DNA of 64,000 nt, taken from NCBI GenBank assembly GCA_951406725.2, contig OX597816.1, positions 63,674,001 through 63,738,000 on the forward strand, in the 5' to 3' direction. This stretch comes from Octopus vulgaris (taxonomy: Eukaryota). A model generated the notes under the pieces. The model saw only the letters and a list, made by a program, of their open reading frames with translations. It had not been told where the DNA came from and did no database searches. Shown here one piece after another: positions 26,821 to 39,619 of the stretch (its first letter is position 1; each line of letters begins with the position of its first letter). The translations under genes and the position numbers were made by a program.

Positions 26821-27901
26821 TAACACACCAACATAACCACAACCACCACCAATAATAATAAAACCACCAGTGGTGCCACTGCAGCTGCCTCTTCTGCAAC
26901 GAACATACTACAGAGACATTGCTACTCACAATATTGTATAGAATCCGCCTCTCACAAACAAATAATACACTATAAATTGTATATTCTTCTGTAATGTAAT
27001 AACAATATCACTCATTAAATATCAGCGCTCTTTTACGACTAAGTAACATTATTTAAGTTCCTTAACTTAGAGACTCTGTGGCATCAATTCAGGCAATAAG
27101 CATTGCGTTTTCGGAAATGCTTATTATCAAGAAACGTGAAGCAGAAATACACATGACAAAATAAGTCATTTTCTGTACAAAATAGTAAACAAATTGCAGT
27201 CATGCACGTGGTGCGAATGAGTTTAGTGACACATTAATTTTAAGAATAAATTATGAAATGATGGAAATGTGGCTCACAAGATTTCTCAGCGAATATGTGA
27301 GAATTTTAGAACCACGAAGAAACTTCCTCAATATTTTATTGTGTTCCTTTTGGGCCCTTTCTATCTTCTCAACACTAAATAGCCAGAAGCAAGACTCTCT
27401 CAAAATGCACAGCATGGGAAGAGGAAAGAGAAATTCCGTTTGAACTCACCGTAATGTGTTTGCTTCATAAATGATACTCTATGGTAATTTGCAAGATTAC
27501 TACTTTACTAATTATGTAGCTCCTAACAACAATGTTAAGATGTCACCTACAAACCTATAGCAGAGTAAAAGGAAAATTAAATAAGAAACCAAACGAATCT
27601 GTCACTTAGCACCTCACAACAAGCGTTCGAAACGTATCCGGCCTGAATTTTCGAATGTCAGTGTCACCATAATAACTACAACAGTGAAGCACATAATTTT
27701 GCTTCCCTCTTCACAGCTATCTGATCAAGTATTTTAACTACCCAGAATCCCCGTGTCCCCTCAGATTCTCTCGCCCTCAGTTTCACAACTACCATCATGT
27801 CAACCAGAGCCGAAAATATTTTTAGACAAATGCAGCTCCTGGTATAAATAAAAATTTTCACTGTCACACCACCTTTGCAAATAAACGGAAGCCCAACTGT
27901 T

Positions 27902-28159
27902 TCGTCAGTTTTACGCGAGAGAATTTTTATATCACGAGATTATGCATTACACCCACCTTCCTGATTCTTAGCGCACACAGAAAATCTCGTCAGTTTTACG
28001 CGACAGAATTTGCATATCACGTGATTATGCATTCACCCCACCTTCCGGATTCTCAGCGCACACAGAAAATCTCGTCAGTTTTACACGACAGAATTTGCAT
28101 ATCACGAGATTATGCATTCACCCCACCTTCCGGATTCTCAGCGCACACAGAAAATCTCG
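27902..28159. repeat. Three tandem copies of an 85-bp minisatellite unit
   Basis: TCGTCAGTTTTAC...GCGCACACAGAAAATC starting at 27902, 27987 and 28072. Confidence 0.92.
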
Positions 28160-28364
28160 CAAAGCCATGAAATTATGTTAAATTAATGTTAACAAACTTC
28201 ACCTGTAAGAAGTATATTCTCAACAAAACATTTACTATACTAAATGTTTAGTTAGGATGGTGGATTTGCCATTAAGTGAATCCAGCATCCTAACAAACAC
28301 AAAAAGTGTTATAGAAATACTGACCAGACTCTTTTATACAAGCCAGAGTATAAGCAATCAAACC

Positions 28365-28574
28365 ATTCTTTTATTCTTTTATTTGTTTCAGCCATTTGAC
28401 TGCAACCATGCTGGAGCACCGCCTTTAGTCGAGCAAATCGACCCCAGGACATATTCTTTGTAAGCTTAGTGCTTACTCTATCGGTCTCTGTTGCCGAACC
28501 GCTAAGTTAAGGGGACGTAAACACACCAGCATCGGTTGTCAAGCGATGATGTTGAGGGAACAAACACAGACAGA

Positions 28575-28654
<80 letters not shown>

Positions 28655-28735
28655 CATATATACAACGGGCTTCTTTCAGTTAATACCGTTAAGCATTTCG
28701 CCCGGCGTGCTAACGATTCTGCCAGCTCGCCGCCT
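28365..28735 (-). mobile_element. SINE family A body (28365-28680) joined to a family B head (28683-28735)
   Basis: Family A reverse complement ends at GGGCTTCTTTCAGT and is followed by TAATACCGTTAAGCATTTCGCCCGGCGTGCTAACGATTCTGCCAGCTCGCCGCC. Confidence 0.8.
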
Positions 28736-29593
28736 TTGCTAAACAGATATTCTGTCTCCTTTTTCATCCTAAACGAGACCCACAGGAACAACCACCACAT
28801 ATATGTTCTTCTTTCGTAAAATTGATGCTGGCCTAAGAAGGGAGAAGCAACCTATTTCTGTTTACTATTCACTTTACCACAGATTCACACAATATATCTT
28901 GCCCCAAAAGTTACGAGGTCAGTTTCACTGAGTCTCTGAACTCAATAAAACTGACTACATAAGCATAATAAAGTTTCACAGGATACATCAAGCTTGTTTA
29001 CTGCGTTCCCAGATGTACGTCAATAAGATTAATTTCCTTGTACCTTAATCGTAATCCGGAAAGCATATTAATAATAGAGCAATTTCAAGTTTTCTTGAGT
29101 AGAAAACATCTCAATCGTAGAGAAAGAAGCAGGAGACACGTTGTTTAAATTTATGGATTGTCATTTCCAGTCGTAATTTCTGATTTAGCCAACAGGGAAC
29201 AACAAAGTCCTTGTGAATCAACTGTTGAGCAACCAATTCAACATTGTCCATAATTTCACAGCTGAAAACCCTTTGCCCAGACCAGTATATTAAACAGTGT
29301 AATCTTAGTTCGCAGCATTCAAAGTCCTATGCAAGTATACTCCAATTTCTACGCATTTGATAATATACATCTGCGAAAGAAAGTCTTGCAGACCGAACTT
29401 TCACTCACATTTCAGGCAGATCGTCAAGTATATAATTGGTATTACATACTGAAACTCTAATCCATTACTACCTGTAATTAAAAGAGTCCCCAAAATGACA
29501 AATGTATTAGGAATATCGTAAGTTTAAATTCAAGGATATGATGAACTAAAATACCATCAGCAGCAACAGCAGTATCAACAGCAACAACAAAGT

Positions 29594-29940
29594 GGAGCGC
29601 AATGGCCCAGCGGTTAGGGCAGCGGACTCGCGGTTTCGATTCCCAGACCGAGCGTTGTGTGTGTTTATTGAGCGAAAACACCTAATGCTCCGGCAGGGAG
29701 TGTTGGCGACCCCTGTTGTACTCTTTGGCCCCAACATTCTCTCACTCTTTCTTCCTGTTTCTTGTCCCTGACTTCCTACGCAACCGCTGAGCCTGGATGC
29801 GCATTCATCCACCCGTCGATGCTTTCGGTGTCGGGGGGTGACCTGCTTTCTCTTCTGCGGGTCTTACGAATAGCAAAGGACCACGATTCGGACTTCTCCC
29901 ATCTTGCGAGCTCTGGGACGAAGACCGCTTCGCTCAACAG
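29594..29940 (+). mobile_element. tRNA-derived SINE family C with tail type 1 and (CAA)n end
   Basis: Head GGAGCGCAATGGCCCAGCGGTTAGGGCAGCGGACTCGCGG; tail CTTCCTACGCAACCGCTGAGCCTGGATGCG...CGCTTCGCTCAACA also at 40761-40920. Confidence 0.85.
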
Positions 29941-30086
29941 CAACAGCAACAGTATCAACAGACACAGCAGGCATATCACTTACAATCAACAGCAATAGAA
30001 ATGCTCGAATAACTGTCATGAACATTAAAAACTCTCTTTAGGAGACTAGGCCATGGCCAAAATTAAATATATATATATATATATAG

Positions 30087-30366
30087 CGGAGATCGCGATC
30101 AGAGGTTCGCGGTTTCGATTCCCAGATCGGGCGTTATGTGTGTTTATTGAGCGAAAATACCTAAAGCTCCACGAGGCTTCGGCAGTGGGGTGGTGGCGAT
30201 CCCTGCTGTACTCTTTCGCCACAACTTTCTCTCACTCTTTCTTCTCTTAGCCTGCTCGCTTAGCCAGCGGGGTGGCGTCATTTGAGGGCTAAAACAATGC
30301 GAAGCGCATTGTGACCAGCGATGTGTAGCAACATCTGATAACCTGGTCGGTACGTGATCCCGTGAT
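30087..30366 (+). mobile_element. SINE family C (5'-truncated) with tail type 2
   Basis: Family C body TTTATTGAGCGAAAATACCTAAAGCTCCACGAGGCT; tail GCTTAGCCAGCGGGGTGGCGTC...GATGTGTAGCAACATCTGA. Confidence 0.8.
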
Positions 30367-30405
30367 ATACATAAATGTGTGTATGTATATATATATACAT
30401 ATATA

Positions 30406-30499
<94 letters not shown>

Positions 30500-32021
30500 T
30501 AAGTGAGTGTGTATGTGTGGGCGCGCATGTGTGTGTTTGTGTATGTATTATAGGGTGTAGCTTCTGCATGCTGTGCGATCTTTAATAATAAATACGATCT
30601 GCAATCGAACACACCGGAAAAATGCAACCAGTTCCTTTTTCCAATTTTTCAAGAATAAAATCTCTTCATAGCCAATAAAAGAGAATGCCATAACCGGTTT
30701 CGATTCTAGTTTGGATGTTTTTCAGATGCCACACACATTTGTTTGTCCATGAAGCAATATACCTTAAAAATCTTTATATAGACTCTGCCATTAAGAACCT
30801 CACTAAAACGCTAATTCCGATTTGCATATATAATGCATCACTGGCAAGTGGTTGATGTATAAACAGTTACATACGGTATGTCAGCAGTGCAAGTTACATA
30901 AGTAAATGTAGGATATATATTTACATAGAGTAGTATAACTACGTGGCATGTGTAAAGAATATAGACCAGGTTTGAAACCATTCTTCATGGTGAGATTATT
31001 AAAATTAGATTTTAATTCACATATCTCAGTATGCAACACACACATTGTGTGTATGTATATATGCATGTATGTACGTATGTAAGTCTGTCTGTCTATATGT
31101 ATGTGTGTGTTTATATGTATGTGTAAATTAGTGTTTGTGTACATTTGAGACAGGTATTTAAATAGGCATGACAAATTTTTATTTGGTATATGTTTGATAT
31201 TTAAATAATAAAATGTATAATATTTTCCCCTGTAGAGTCTCTGTGCTAAAAAAAAAGTTTAAATATCATAAACAAAAATTGGTAGCATATAAACTCCAAT
31301 TTCCTTTTCAAAACTTTTAGCAAAACATTAATGAGTTTATAGAGAATAAACTAAAAGTAAAAAGAAAAAAATAGAGGAAAAAGGAAACAAAACAAAAATT
31401 AAAAAGAAACAAAACTACAGCAACAACAGAAATAACAAGGAAATATTTCGTAAAATAAAGTTATACTAGAGATTATGAAGAAATAAATTTGAAAAAGAAA
31501 AAGGAAAAGATGAATTAATATACAGAAACTGTGGCGAATTTGCCTAAAGCGCAGTAAAGTAAATAAATATTCATGCATTTTCATGAAGAGAATCTCTGTT
31601 CAATTTTAATACGCTTCTGTTTGTTTGAATATATGTTTAAATTAACAGCATTTATCTCTATGTTATATAGTTTTTCTATACGACTTGAAGTGAATTAAAA
31701 GCTATCCTCCACCCCGCTTCTTCAACATTTTATTACAGAATATCTGTGACTTTCTGGTTATGAAATTTATAACTCTGTTATATTTTCTCCTACTCAACAA
31801 AATTGTATGTATTTTTCTGTCCTTTATCTTTCGTTTTATTAATTTCCTGTCATACTGTCGTGACAGAAATTTTTGCCGCAGAATAAAATTAGATATTGCC
31901 AGAGACTAAAACTATAATGGGGGGCATCAGGACACACTCATTATGTTTAGAGTTTAGAACCTCATCACTTTCGACCAATGGCTATAGTGGTGCTGATGCT
32001 AGTGTTGATATTATTATCATT

Positions 32022-32538
32022 ATTGAGTGAGAGAGCAGTGCATGCCATCAAAGTGACACTGGGGTAAAATATACGAAGCCCAGTATACTCACCATGACTA
32101 CCCGTCCGATAAAGGTACCCCAGGCACATGCATCACAACCATATGTGCGCGACATGGTGATCCCATATCAAGATAAACAGCGCATGACCTTGCAGGTGGG
32201 TCCCTGATTAAGGATTGTTTAAGGATGTTGAACGAAACACGCATGTTTCCAGAGGTGAATAATCAAAACCCCAAAGAATCCATCCCTCTCAACACATTGC
32301 TACGATGGTCCCCAACTACTTCTGCTCGTGATCAGGGAGACACACATCGTCAGCCACTAAGGGACATGGTCAACTGGTTAAGGTGAAACAACTGACAAGT
32401 AAATCTGTAGTATTGAGCCGAATATTTGCTGTAGCCCATCTTTTATACCAAGGCAAAACAATGTACGTGATAACACTTCCAGTCACTTAAGCTCAGAAGC
32501 CACGAGAGCCACTACCTGGTATTGCATCAGGGCATTTA
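32022..32538 (-). mobile_element. Non-coding dispersed repeat embedded in (TAA)n
   Basis: Bounded by TTA repeats on both sides; the internal segment is homologous (opposite strand) to ~39075-39255. Confidence 0.65.
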
Positions 32539-32563
32539 TTATTGTTATTATTATTATTATTAT

Positions 32564-32608
<45 letters not shown>

Positions 32609-33077
32609 GTGGTGGTGCAGTAGTAGCAGTAGCAGCTGTAGCAGCAGTTGTTCTTTGTTCAAATGTGTTTCCACCAGGATTATGATGTTCTTCTCTAGAG
32701 CATTGCACACTTAGGAATTCCTTATACAGTGTCGCACCGCGTCAAGATGTCAGAGTGTAGTCTGAAAGCAATTGGCTTTTATTCCGTCTAGGTCGAGCGA
32801 CTGCCTTACACATGCTATTCACAACTTCCTAAGAGGCCGGAATGTATCTAGCAGAAGGGCCTCACTGCTGGACGATTTCCGTCTGCTCCTGATATATTCG
32901 TGTCTTTTAACACAGCAGGCTCATAAGAAATACCGTCGGATGAATTCAGTAGTAACTGAATTGCTTTTCGCAATGTCATACACTAAGTATGATACACAGA
33001 CGACTACTCACTCATTGAATGCATCCACTTGATGAAGAGGGAGAATGTTAATAGAAATGTCTTAGAATAGTTCATCA

Positions 33078-33252
33078 GGCGTAGGAGTGGCTGTGTGGTA
33101 AGTAGCTTGCTTCACAACCACATGGTTCCGGGTTCAGTCCCACCGCGTGAAACCTTGGGCAAGTGTCTTCTACGATAGCCTCGGGCCGACCAAAGACTTG
33201 TGAGTAGATTTGGTAGACGGAAACTGAAAGAAGCCCGTTGTATATATGTATA

Positions 33253-33334
<82 letters not shown>

Positions 33335-33532
33335 TGTGTCTGTGTTTGTCCCCCAACATCGCTTGACAACCGATGCTGGTGTGTTTACGTACCCGTAAAT
33401 TAGCGGTTCGGCAACAAAAACCGATAGAATAATTACTAGGCTTACAAAGAATAAGTCCTGGGGTCGATTTGCTCGACTAAAGTCGGTGCTCCAATATGGT
33501 CACAGTCAAATGACCGAAACAAGTAAAAGAGT
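33078..33532 (+). mobile_element. Full-length SINE family A
   Basis: Complete head, (GT)n and tail. Confidence 0.9.
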
Positions 33533-34119
33533 AATGGATAATTTAAATAATACAAAGGTTTGTGGTGGGTGAAATAAGAATGTAAATTTATTCTTTCTAT
33601 GCAATTAAAGAGGAAGGGAGTTTTCTAACGACACATTCCACGATTTGTAGATGGCTGCTCAATGAGGACGTATCCGGCTTCTCTCGCCAAACTATAGAAT
33701 AGATCAAGTGCTATATGAAGCAGCCATAAATTAGGCTAGCACTGTGATGGACAATCTACTTTGCATATTCATGCTTTTCATAGTTCCTATTTATGTAAAC
33801 AATATCTATTTTACGAATAGCAAAATGTAAATCAAAGGAAATACAATTTTAAATTTTAAAGCGCTTCACTGTGGGTGAAATAAGAATGTAATAACTCTCT
33901 TTCTATGCAACCAATGTGAGGAAAACAGTATAATGAAGTCTTTTGACGGACTGTTTAGCAGTTTGTTGAACTCTCTTCAGAGTGGTACTGGGCGTCTTTC
34001 TCCAATGGGTAGTATACTTCGGCTACCGCATAATGCAGGTATAAATTGTGCTAGCACCGTGGTGGATAGTTTAATTTGTATATTTTTATCTTTGGTGACT
34101 CGTCGGTAAATAATATATA

Positions 34120-34350
34120 TTTCTTTACTACCCAGAAGGGGCTAAACACAGAGGGGGACAAACAAGGACAAACAAAGGGATTAAGTCGATTACATCGATC
34201 CCAGTGCGTAAATGGTACTTAATTTATCGACTCTGAAAGGATGAAAGGCAAAGTCGACCTCGGCGGAATTAGAACTCAGAACGTAACGGCAGACGAAATA
34301 CGGCTGCATATTTCACCTGGCGTGCTAATGTTTCTGCCAGCTCGCCGCCC
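34120..34350 (-). mobile_element. Full-length SINE family B
   Basis: Reverse complement of head, core and TAGCCCCTT..GGGTAGTAAAGAAAT tail. Confidence 0.88.
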
Positions 34351-34708
34351 TTCAGTAAATAATATATATTTTGCTCACAGTCCTGTGAATATACCGTGGG
34401 CGCATGAAATAAGATGGAAAAAATATGCTGAGCAATTACTAGCAGGCAGTTGGATAAGTAACATTAGGAGATATCTGATTTGTGCACCACAGAGTGAGAA
34501 TGACAGAGCAAAGCTGCAGCTGTTGTTGCTTAGTAAATTTCAATCCCGTGAAAAAGACGTTGTCTAACATTACTTTCGAAAGAGACACAATAAGATGCGG
34601 TAGAGAAGTGTTTGGTGTATCAATTCAGTGTTCTCTCTGTTAGTCTATGTTTACTTTCAATCTGTGGATTGCAACCAAACTCTCTGTGTGTGTGTGTGTT
34701 TAGGATAG

Positions 34709-34962
34709 ATAGATAAGAAGTATTTCGTTTTCGTATTTTGGTTTGTAAGAGTTCGTGTCTTGAAGCATATTCTGTTGTGTCTGGGGAGAGTCATTTTCTT
34801 TTTGTGCCTTATAATGTAACACACTCACCTGTAAAATTTCCACTTATTTCTTGATCTATTTTTTATTTTTATAAAAAATAAGTGGAAATTTTACCGGTGA
34901 ACGTGTTACATTATAAGGCACAAAAAGAAAATGACTCTCCACAGATACAATAGATAAGAAGT
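34709..34962. repeat. Fold-back insertion flanked by a 13-bp direct repeat
   Basis: Arms 34771-34849 and 34876-34954 are inverted; ATAGATAAGAAGT occurs at 34709-34721 and 34950-34962. Confidence 0.8.
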
Positions 34963-36200
34963 GATAATGTCTTTTTGAATAACGTTATAAGACATGTCGC
35001 AACATTTAAATATTGGATGATGTGAAAAATAAATGTTTCGTTCCCATTATCAATTCATTTTACCTTTTTTGTGAGAGGAAATAAAAAAATTATTTCATAA
35101 TTAGCTACTTCAGAATAATGGTAATTAAAATACAAATGTACATGCATCTTGCTTAAAAAATATTTATTATCTATCATGGCTGGACTATGGCTGGAACCTG
35201 GAAACGAGAGAAAAATTTTCCAGTGGAAAAGAAAAAAAAAATCTGTAAGCATTTGAATGAGAAATATGTTTCACTCTTAATAGTTTTGTTTTACCATTTC
35301 AAATCAAACAGCACAAAAAGTTCTTTGTAACAGTAAATTTCTATAAAATGTTGCAAAATGCTTTGGGGAAGACTTCAAAGATAGCAATGTATCTTCATAA
35401 CGTCATTAAATTTATTTATCCAATACTAGATTGCGTGTAATAATTTTCATTACTTCCATAAGTAGTACAAGTAATAACATAACTCACTGATACCTTACTG
35501 AAAATCAAAAGTGTTTTTATTACATTAAGTCGAGACCGAGGATGTCTCTAGCTTTCAACTACGTAAACGAATTATTAGTGTATATTCACCAAATTGATGT
35601 ACCATTCATTAGCGGATATAGAATACTTTTTCATTGAGCTTAATACATCCTTTACGAACTTCTAGGCAACAGAAGTTTCTTCGGTGCAATTCTAGAAAAA
35701 TGTACTGATTTCAAGACACAATATGCGGGTGACATTCGTTGCAATAACATCGTGCAATAATCTTTAACTAACCACTGTGACATTACTTCACATCAAACAG
35801 ATTATAAGACTTGTTTTTGAACAGAATCTGTTATTTGGATACACTAATGATGCATCTGGTTCCGATAGACACATATTAAATATCTGCAATATCCATTTAC
35901 CTGTTGCGCTATGTTAGAGATCAAAGGAACTAGATGAAAAATATATAGATTACATGTGGAAACGAAAATAACACCGAAATCGTTTTAACTGGTGCGATAT
36001 AATACACACACACACACACACACACGCACACACACATAAACGGTCATACATGCACGAACACACACGCATATATACACAAATATGAGTTTGTATAAATACT
36101 GATATATAGATGTGTGTATATATATATATATGTATGTATATGTATATATATACACATATATATATTATATGTTATACATATGTATATATATATTCATATG

Positions 36201-36235
<35 letters not shown>

Positions 36236-36259
36236 TATATATATGCATATATATATTTG

Positions 36260-36292
<33 letters not shown>

Positions 36293-36343
36293 TTGTATAT
36301 ATATACATATATACATATATATATATATATGCATATATATATT

Positions 36344-36393
<50 letters not shown>

Positions 36394-37508
36394 TATTAGA
36401 AAATATATATTTTTGTTTCGTAATTAGAGATTTCAGATATAAAACGTAGCACGTACAATCAGTGATCTTGTATCATTCAATTAACAGTGGACACTTTTAT
36501 TTATATTTTATATGACGAAAGAACAATATTTGAAAGTTTCGTTTGTGTGAGTTTCTGAGATAATTTCAATTAAATAAAATGTTAGAAGCAAGGAAATAAA
36601 AGTCACACACACACACACACATATATAGATTTATATCTTTCATCTTAACAATTTCAGGTGTAGGGTTTATCAGTGATTATTTTGAATGTTATCACCGTTT
36701 ATTATTTTTTTCTACTCCGAGTTAAGAAAATATAACACAATACAGATAATGAGATCAAGCTTATTTCATTATCTCAAGCACAACATGAGTCGAAACACTT
36801 GGATAATTGTGACTTCATCCAGATATATTGAGACTACTTCTGCATCTATGAATGGTATGTTACAGAATTATATATATTATAATGGTTTAAGAAGTAAATA
36901 TAATGTGTAAAGAAATATAATGTGCGAAGAGAGAAAGAAATAACAGAAGAAATGTTGGAAATAATATAACGAGGAGGAAAACATGACAGAAATGAAAATG
37001 GAATTATGTTTTTTAAAAGTGGTAGTACGAAGGGGAGATAATTCACTGTGCATTATCTAAACAGCGATTTCATGTTTTATTGTGGAATTCAACAAAGACT
37101 CAATACATTCTCAACATCTTATATGTAATGTAATTTTAAATATCACTCTGAATAAACATGTAACGAAACAAGATTAGAATTGTGTATAAATTCAATATAT
37201 TCATTAACAGTCTACAGTACATTAAATTCATCTGGCGTAAGTAATGTTGTTATCTAAACAACCGCTGCAGAGATGATGGAGAGGATGATTTAGCATTCAA
37301 AATAACAATGCTATTACTATGACGAACCAATGAAGGAGACAACGTGTTTATCAAATCTTGTAGGAAAAAAAAAAAACAAAGATATATTTCATTCATATCG
37401 CACAACACTATCTCAAAAATGATTAACAAGTCACTTCCATGGAACCTAGAATTTCCACGGATCCCTATAGTTGTAATTATTCTGCTGGCATTTATTAATA
37501 ACATAAAG

Positions 37509-37695
37509 TTCTATATTTAAGAGATGAGGAATTATGTACGTTATTTACATTTGACGGATATTTGTCCTCGTCTTGTTTGTTGTTAACACAACGTTTCGGC
37601 TGATATGCCTTCCAGCCTTCATCAGGTGACTTAGGGAAATTTCGAACCTGGGTTCTCATTCCTAAGGTATTTTTCGATGTTGTTATTATTATTAC

Positions 37696-37742
<47 letters not shown>

Positions 37743-37817
37743 CCACTGCCTGGAATCGAATTCGGAATCTTGGGATTAGTAGCCTGCGCTCGTAACCACT
37801 ACGCCATATGTCCGTGG
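37509..37817 (-). mobile_element. Family E hammerhead SINE, full length
   Basis: Reverse complement of 3092-3373, including head, (TAA)n and hammerhead. Confidence 0.88.
37585..37630 (-). ncRNA. Minimal hammerhead ribozyme
   Basis: Minus strand: GTCAC-CTGATGA-AGGCTGGAAGGCATATCAGCC-GAAACGTT-GTGTT. Confidence 0.75.
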
Positions 37818-37885
37818 TCGTAGTAGTTAAAAGCGCGGGCTACTAGCCCCAAAATTCCGAGTTAGATTCCAGGCAGTGACATGAA

Positions 37886-37944
<59 letters not shown>

Positions 37945-37972
37945 ATAATAATAATAATAATAATAATAATTT

Positions 37973-38440
37973 GGCCAATATCTACACTGGCTAATAAGTC
38001 GGCATTACAATATCAAAACTGCCGACAAATGGTATAATCACCACCCTGAAGCTGTAACTGAAGGAGAAAATGCAACGATTCTGTGGGACTTTCCAGTACA
38101 TACAGACCGAACCATCAAAGCCAATAAATCGGATATTGTTGTGAAAGACCAAAACAATAAAGTTTGCTTATTGATCGACATGGGCATCTTCTGTGATCAT
38201 AATATCTCGGCGAAAGAATTTGGCAAGCTCAGAAAATATAAAGACCTGCTCATTGAAATTGAGAAAATGTAGCATCTCAAGGTGGTTACAATACCAGTGA
38301 TCGTAGGAGCACTAGGAATGATCAAGAAAGGAACCGAAAATTATATGAGAATGATCCCTGGCTTACCATCCCTGCAAGAAGTGCAAAAGAGTGTCTTAAC
38401 TGGTACATCACACGTATTGAGAAGAGCATTGTCGATGTGA
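37973..38440 (+). pseudogene. C-terminal restriction-like endonuclease of an R4/Dong-type non-LTR retrotransposon (3' UTR to ~38612)
   Basis: Manual translation: GQYLHWLISRHYNI..WYNHHPEAVTEGENATILWDFPVHTDRTIKANKSDIVVKD..CLLIDMGIFCD..KEFGKLRKYKDL..IPVIVGALG..LQEVQKSVLTGTSHVLRRALSM*, with one internal stop. Flanked by (TAA)n, the known Dong target. Confidence 0.88.
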
Positions 38441-38695
38441 GAACTATTACTACCCATGTATTTTAATTTAACTTTATTTCTATCAAAAATTAACGAACAA
38501 GTGAGTTTAGTTTAATGGCCTACCAGTGTATACTATGAGTTTCTTTGCCCTCGGAGTCGGGAAGACACTCGGCAAGAAATGGAAGCAAATTTGAAAGAAG
38601 AAGAAAAACCAATAAATAATAATAATAATAACAACAACAACAACAACATCAGAAAATACCTTAGGAATGAGAATCCAGGTTCGACATTTTCCCAA

Positions 38696-38741
38696 GACAC
38701 CTGATGAAGGCTGGAGGGTATATCAGCTGAAACGTTGTGTT
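38696..38741 (+). ncRNA. Minimal hammerhead ribozyme
   Basis: GACAC-CTGATGA-AGGCTGGAGGGTATATCAGCT-GAAACGTT-GTGTT. Confidence 0.78.
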
Positions 38742-39619
38742 AACAACAAACAAAATGAGGACAAATATTCGTCAAATGTAAATAATGTAAATAATATAAA
38801 TAATGTACATAAAGAAACTGAAAATGTAGAGACAAAAAGAGAAGGAAATTTGAAAAATAACAGTGTAAGAAAATTTTCTTTTTTCTTTTTTTCTTACTTT
38901 TTTTGTTACTTTGGTCAGTAAGTATTAATCCTTATTTGCTTCTTATTAGAAATCGAAGAAAATGAGAATTATTTCCTTCAAATTTTGCTTTTGTGACCTG
39001 GACATCAATGTTTTGAAACTGACCTATTTTCCATTACATTTCAGTCAGAGTCAATGCTGAGTTACTGAAGCAGAAATATCGTTATAGCAAATATTCTGCT
39101 CAATACAATAGATTTGCTTGTCAGTTGCTTGACCCTAACCACTCGAGTAAGTCCCTTAGCGGCTGGCAATATGTGTTACTCTTATCACGAGCAGGAATAG
39201 TGCGGGTATATCATAGCTATGAGTTGAGAGGAATTCCTTGAAGTTTGAATAAATGTAACAAAAGCAACGCTTGAAGGAAATGTTAGCCATTATTCATAAT
39301 TTCAAGGGGTACGCAAACAGGAAATAGCATTTGCTAACCAAGGAAAACATTTGTGTTACAAGGTATAATCTAAGCTTCTGATAAGTATACTTTGAAATAC
39401 TCTGTAATTCTATGCAGTATATATTCCCAAGATATTCCTTGAATTATTTAATTAAATGTATGCGAGCCAGAGTGTGATTACCTATATTTCCAAAAGCCGT
39501 CCTAGAAATAGCATCTAAATTTCTCTCAAATCTAAACGTGACGAGTATTCTTTTATTGTTTTATTTATTTCAGTCACACATATGTTTCATACACACATAT
39601 CTGTATGATGTTTAAGTTT

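Larger units (their letters stand above)
37819..38812 (+). mobile_element. Family E hammerhead SINE interrupted in its (TAC/TAA)n linker by an R4/Dong fragment
   Basis: Head 37819-37885, microsatellite, LINE fragment, (TAA/CAA)n, tail 38645-38812. Confidence 0.85.

Noticed and set aside
27902-28159. Possible CRISPR-like array
   Set aside because: Units are contiguous near-identical 85-mers with no unique spacers, there are no cas genes, and the context is eukaryotic.
37250-37380. Possible minus-strand terminal exon after a polypyrimidine tract (DLINTLSPSLVRHS..)
   Set aside because: No recognisable protein and no partner exons; cannot be supported without transcripts.
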